Assembly: GCA_052327205.1 (NCBI GenBank)
Contig: CM126224.1
Span: 28,644,001 to 28,708,000, forward strand
Length of the DNA: 64,000 nucleotides
Direction: 5' to 3'
Origin: Somniosus microcephalus
Lineage: Eukaryota
Shown here: in pieces, positions 61,598 through 64,000 of the stretch
How the letters are laid out: each line of letters starts with the position of its first letter
How positions within the stretch are numbered: position 1 is the first letter of the stretch
Notes under the pieces: generated by a model
What the model saw: only the letters and a program-made list of their open reading frames with translations
The model's database searches: none
Told to the model about the DNA's origin: nothing
Position numbers and translations under genes: made by a program

Positions 61598-64000
61598 GTA
61601 CTGTTATCATTGCAAAGTTTACGAGATAAAGATGCCATAAAATTGCTCTGGAAAATAACAAAGAAACATGGTTGTGTTTTGTGCCTTTAAAATCTCATTT
61701 AAAGCACCCCCCTTGCACATAAAAATGAGGAAACTGTTTTTATTTGCCTGTTAAGCAGGTATTGTAATTTACCGCAGGTGCTCTGAATCATAATTCTGTT
61801 TAGTGTCATCATAATTCTGCTATTTTCTTGAAGTTAAAAGCAGTGAAGTGCCCGAGAGAGGCTGTAAATTAGATCTTCACTTCAGCAGAGCACAGCAATG
61901 GGTGGTTTGCATACATTACACATACCAACCACTTTAGTAATATTCGCCAGACTTTGGCAGTGTTAATTATAAGTTAACGAGAAAGGGAAAGGTGCCCATT
62001 TAAAATTTGCTGGAAATATTTTGTGAATATTTTATTTTAGTCTTGGCATTGTGCAATTCTATTTGTAATTTTGTCCATCTTTTTACATAAGTAACTTCAT
62101 TTTTTAATTTTGGCTGATTTTTGAAATTTATGCAACAAAATGAATACTTAAAATAATTCTTATTTAAGAATTGGCTATAGTTTGTGTTTTTAAAAAAACT
62201 AAACACAGACTATTATTTACTTACTTAATAGCGCCCTCTGTAGATATTTTGAGAGATGCTTTGCCATAGAATGTTTTTCTTTGTAAGGAAATGATTTATT
62301 GTTATGCATCTATTATTGAGGTTGTGCGTGCTGTACATTGTGTATAAGGGAAGTATTAACAAGTTTGGTTTTTATGACTGATACGTTATTAGAAAAGGCA
62401 AATTTCTATTTTTGATGGCTTAATTTTTATTAATCACAAGACATCGAATTCAATATATTTTGTTTAAATTATTCAGCTAATTTAATATGTGCCGCATGAT
62501 AGGCAACACAATAAGTTCCCAGAGGAATCTTGGTGCTTTGCCATAGGGTAGGAAAATTGGTGTCCAAATATCTGACTGACTATGACATTCATGCACCTTG
62601 CTACAAACCGTTGCAGAGCAGCATTGGCAGTAGCCTGGTACATCAGGTCTCCTGCGACGTTCTTGGCTGGAGAATGGTGCCAAGTCTCGGGTGAGGGAAA
62701 AAGGTTGTAGAAAAAGCTTTTACCCTTCTTGGTACTTTGGACGAGTTTGCTTGTCGGCAGAAACGTTTCCTATTTTGAGACATCAAAAGTTGTCCAGGAT
62801 TGTCAATCTACAAAGTTTTGGGCTTTCAGTTGGTTGGAAGACTGGCCATAAAACCAGTTTTCAGTGCATGGAAACTCATTTGTTTAAACAAAATGGTGAG
62901 TTGAAGCCTACAAGAAAAAAGAGGGTTTAAAGTTGTATTTTTAGAGAGAGAAAAGGGTTAGAAAAGATAGCATAGGTTTTGCAAATAGGAATGAAGCGAA
63001 TTGGGGAAATTGAGATGACTAGGCAAGCAGAATTAAAATATATACAATTTTATTTTATTTCTGTCATGTTAATATTACAAAAGTAAAGCTAGACCTGAAA
63101 TTTGAGTAACTTTATTACTGTAATTCTGATCATTTCCACAGTGTATGAAATGAAAGCTTGCAGAGCTGTTTGGTTCGGAGAGACAGTCACTTTCCTGGAT
63201 CTGTCAGTGGTCCAAGGATTATTAAACTGCAATTGTTTTCACTTGCAGAGTTGTCTCTGAACTGTTTTCCTACTTCTGAGGAATGCTGCATAGATACAAG
63301 CTGTTCAGTTCAAGAATGTATTGTACCTGGTAGTGGTGCTGTTTTTGTGTTTGGCAACCTCGAGAGTTGGGTTGATTTTTGTCAGTGTTTCAGTTATGGA
63401 AATAGTATTAGACCAGTGGGGAAATATTTTTGCTAGAACAGTTTTGTTATTGCAGTTAAGAGTCCATTTACTTCTGACCTTATTCCTTACCAACTTGGTT
63501 TTGGTCAGCAGCGGAATAGAGTTTGTTCCCTTACTAGCTCCTACCTGCACATATTTCTTCTTCTTTGTGATTAGTTACCTCATCTTCCAGGTACGACTCT
63601 ATTACCAAGGCTGTCTATTGTATTCATGTATAATTGGGCACAATTCTAATTGGAATAGATACTAAACCTGCTGTCTGTCTGAGGACATTCCAGCCATTTG
63701 ACCAGTCAGTACCATAATATGTGACCAGAGTTCTTCTATTTACTGATTTGGGAAAAAATGGTTCCAACCTAAATGGTTAAAGTTTGCTAAAACATGGATT
63801 CATTGTATTTTTATAGGAGGACGTTTTACAAAATGCACCCCTAAAACAAATAATGAAAATTTGGTAACATGTGGATGAAAAGTAAGACACCATGATACTG
63901 AATTTATAAACACAATAGTGTTGTCATGTCACTCAGTGGAATATTTTTCATCCATTTTAACTGCATCCAATGTAACAAGTGTTTTTATAACTACATACTT

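Noticed and set aside
1-64000. CRISPR array, prokaryotic operon, or further DENND1A exons (2 and 5)
   Set aside because: No regularly spaced repeat-spacer array, the DNA is clearly vertebrate intron, and the expected peptides (NPETTFEVY, VGQNFTFVLTD) were not seen.

Overview
Vertebrate genomic DNA; the repeat content (SacSINE1/DeuSINE-like, CR1, Rex/Babar, Harbinger, Penelope-type palindromes) points to a shark or other cartilaginous fish. The window lies inside DENND1A (+ strand). Two short coding exons are visible: 18473-18516 (DPEVRRQFPEDYSDQ) and 61548-61597 (EVLQTLTKFCFPFYVD), separated by a ~43 kb intron. The rest is intronic. The main feature is a very young, intact Ty3/Gypsy LTR retrotransposon (4770-9376) with 317-bp LTRs differing at one base, a 5-bp TSD and one 1303-aa gag-pol ORF. 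It has no tRNA primer-binding site. Instead, the sequence after the 5' LTR is a perfect 15-nt complement of the LTR's own poly(A)-signal region. It also has a YLDN RT active site and a hairpin-enclosed PPT. Two related solo LTRs with 5-bp TSDs lie nearby. Other contents: small palindromic Penelope-type inserts carrying minimal hammerhead ribozyme cores, a decayed two-gene Harbinger transposon and MITEs, CR1/RTE/Rex/L2 LINE fragments, DeuSINE and LF-SINE-like elements, a candidate stop-containing alternative exon, and candidate enhancer blocks. Family assignments are from recognised motifs, not database searches.
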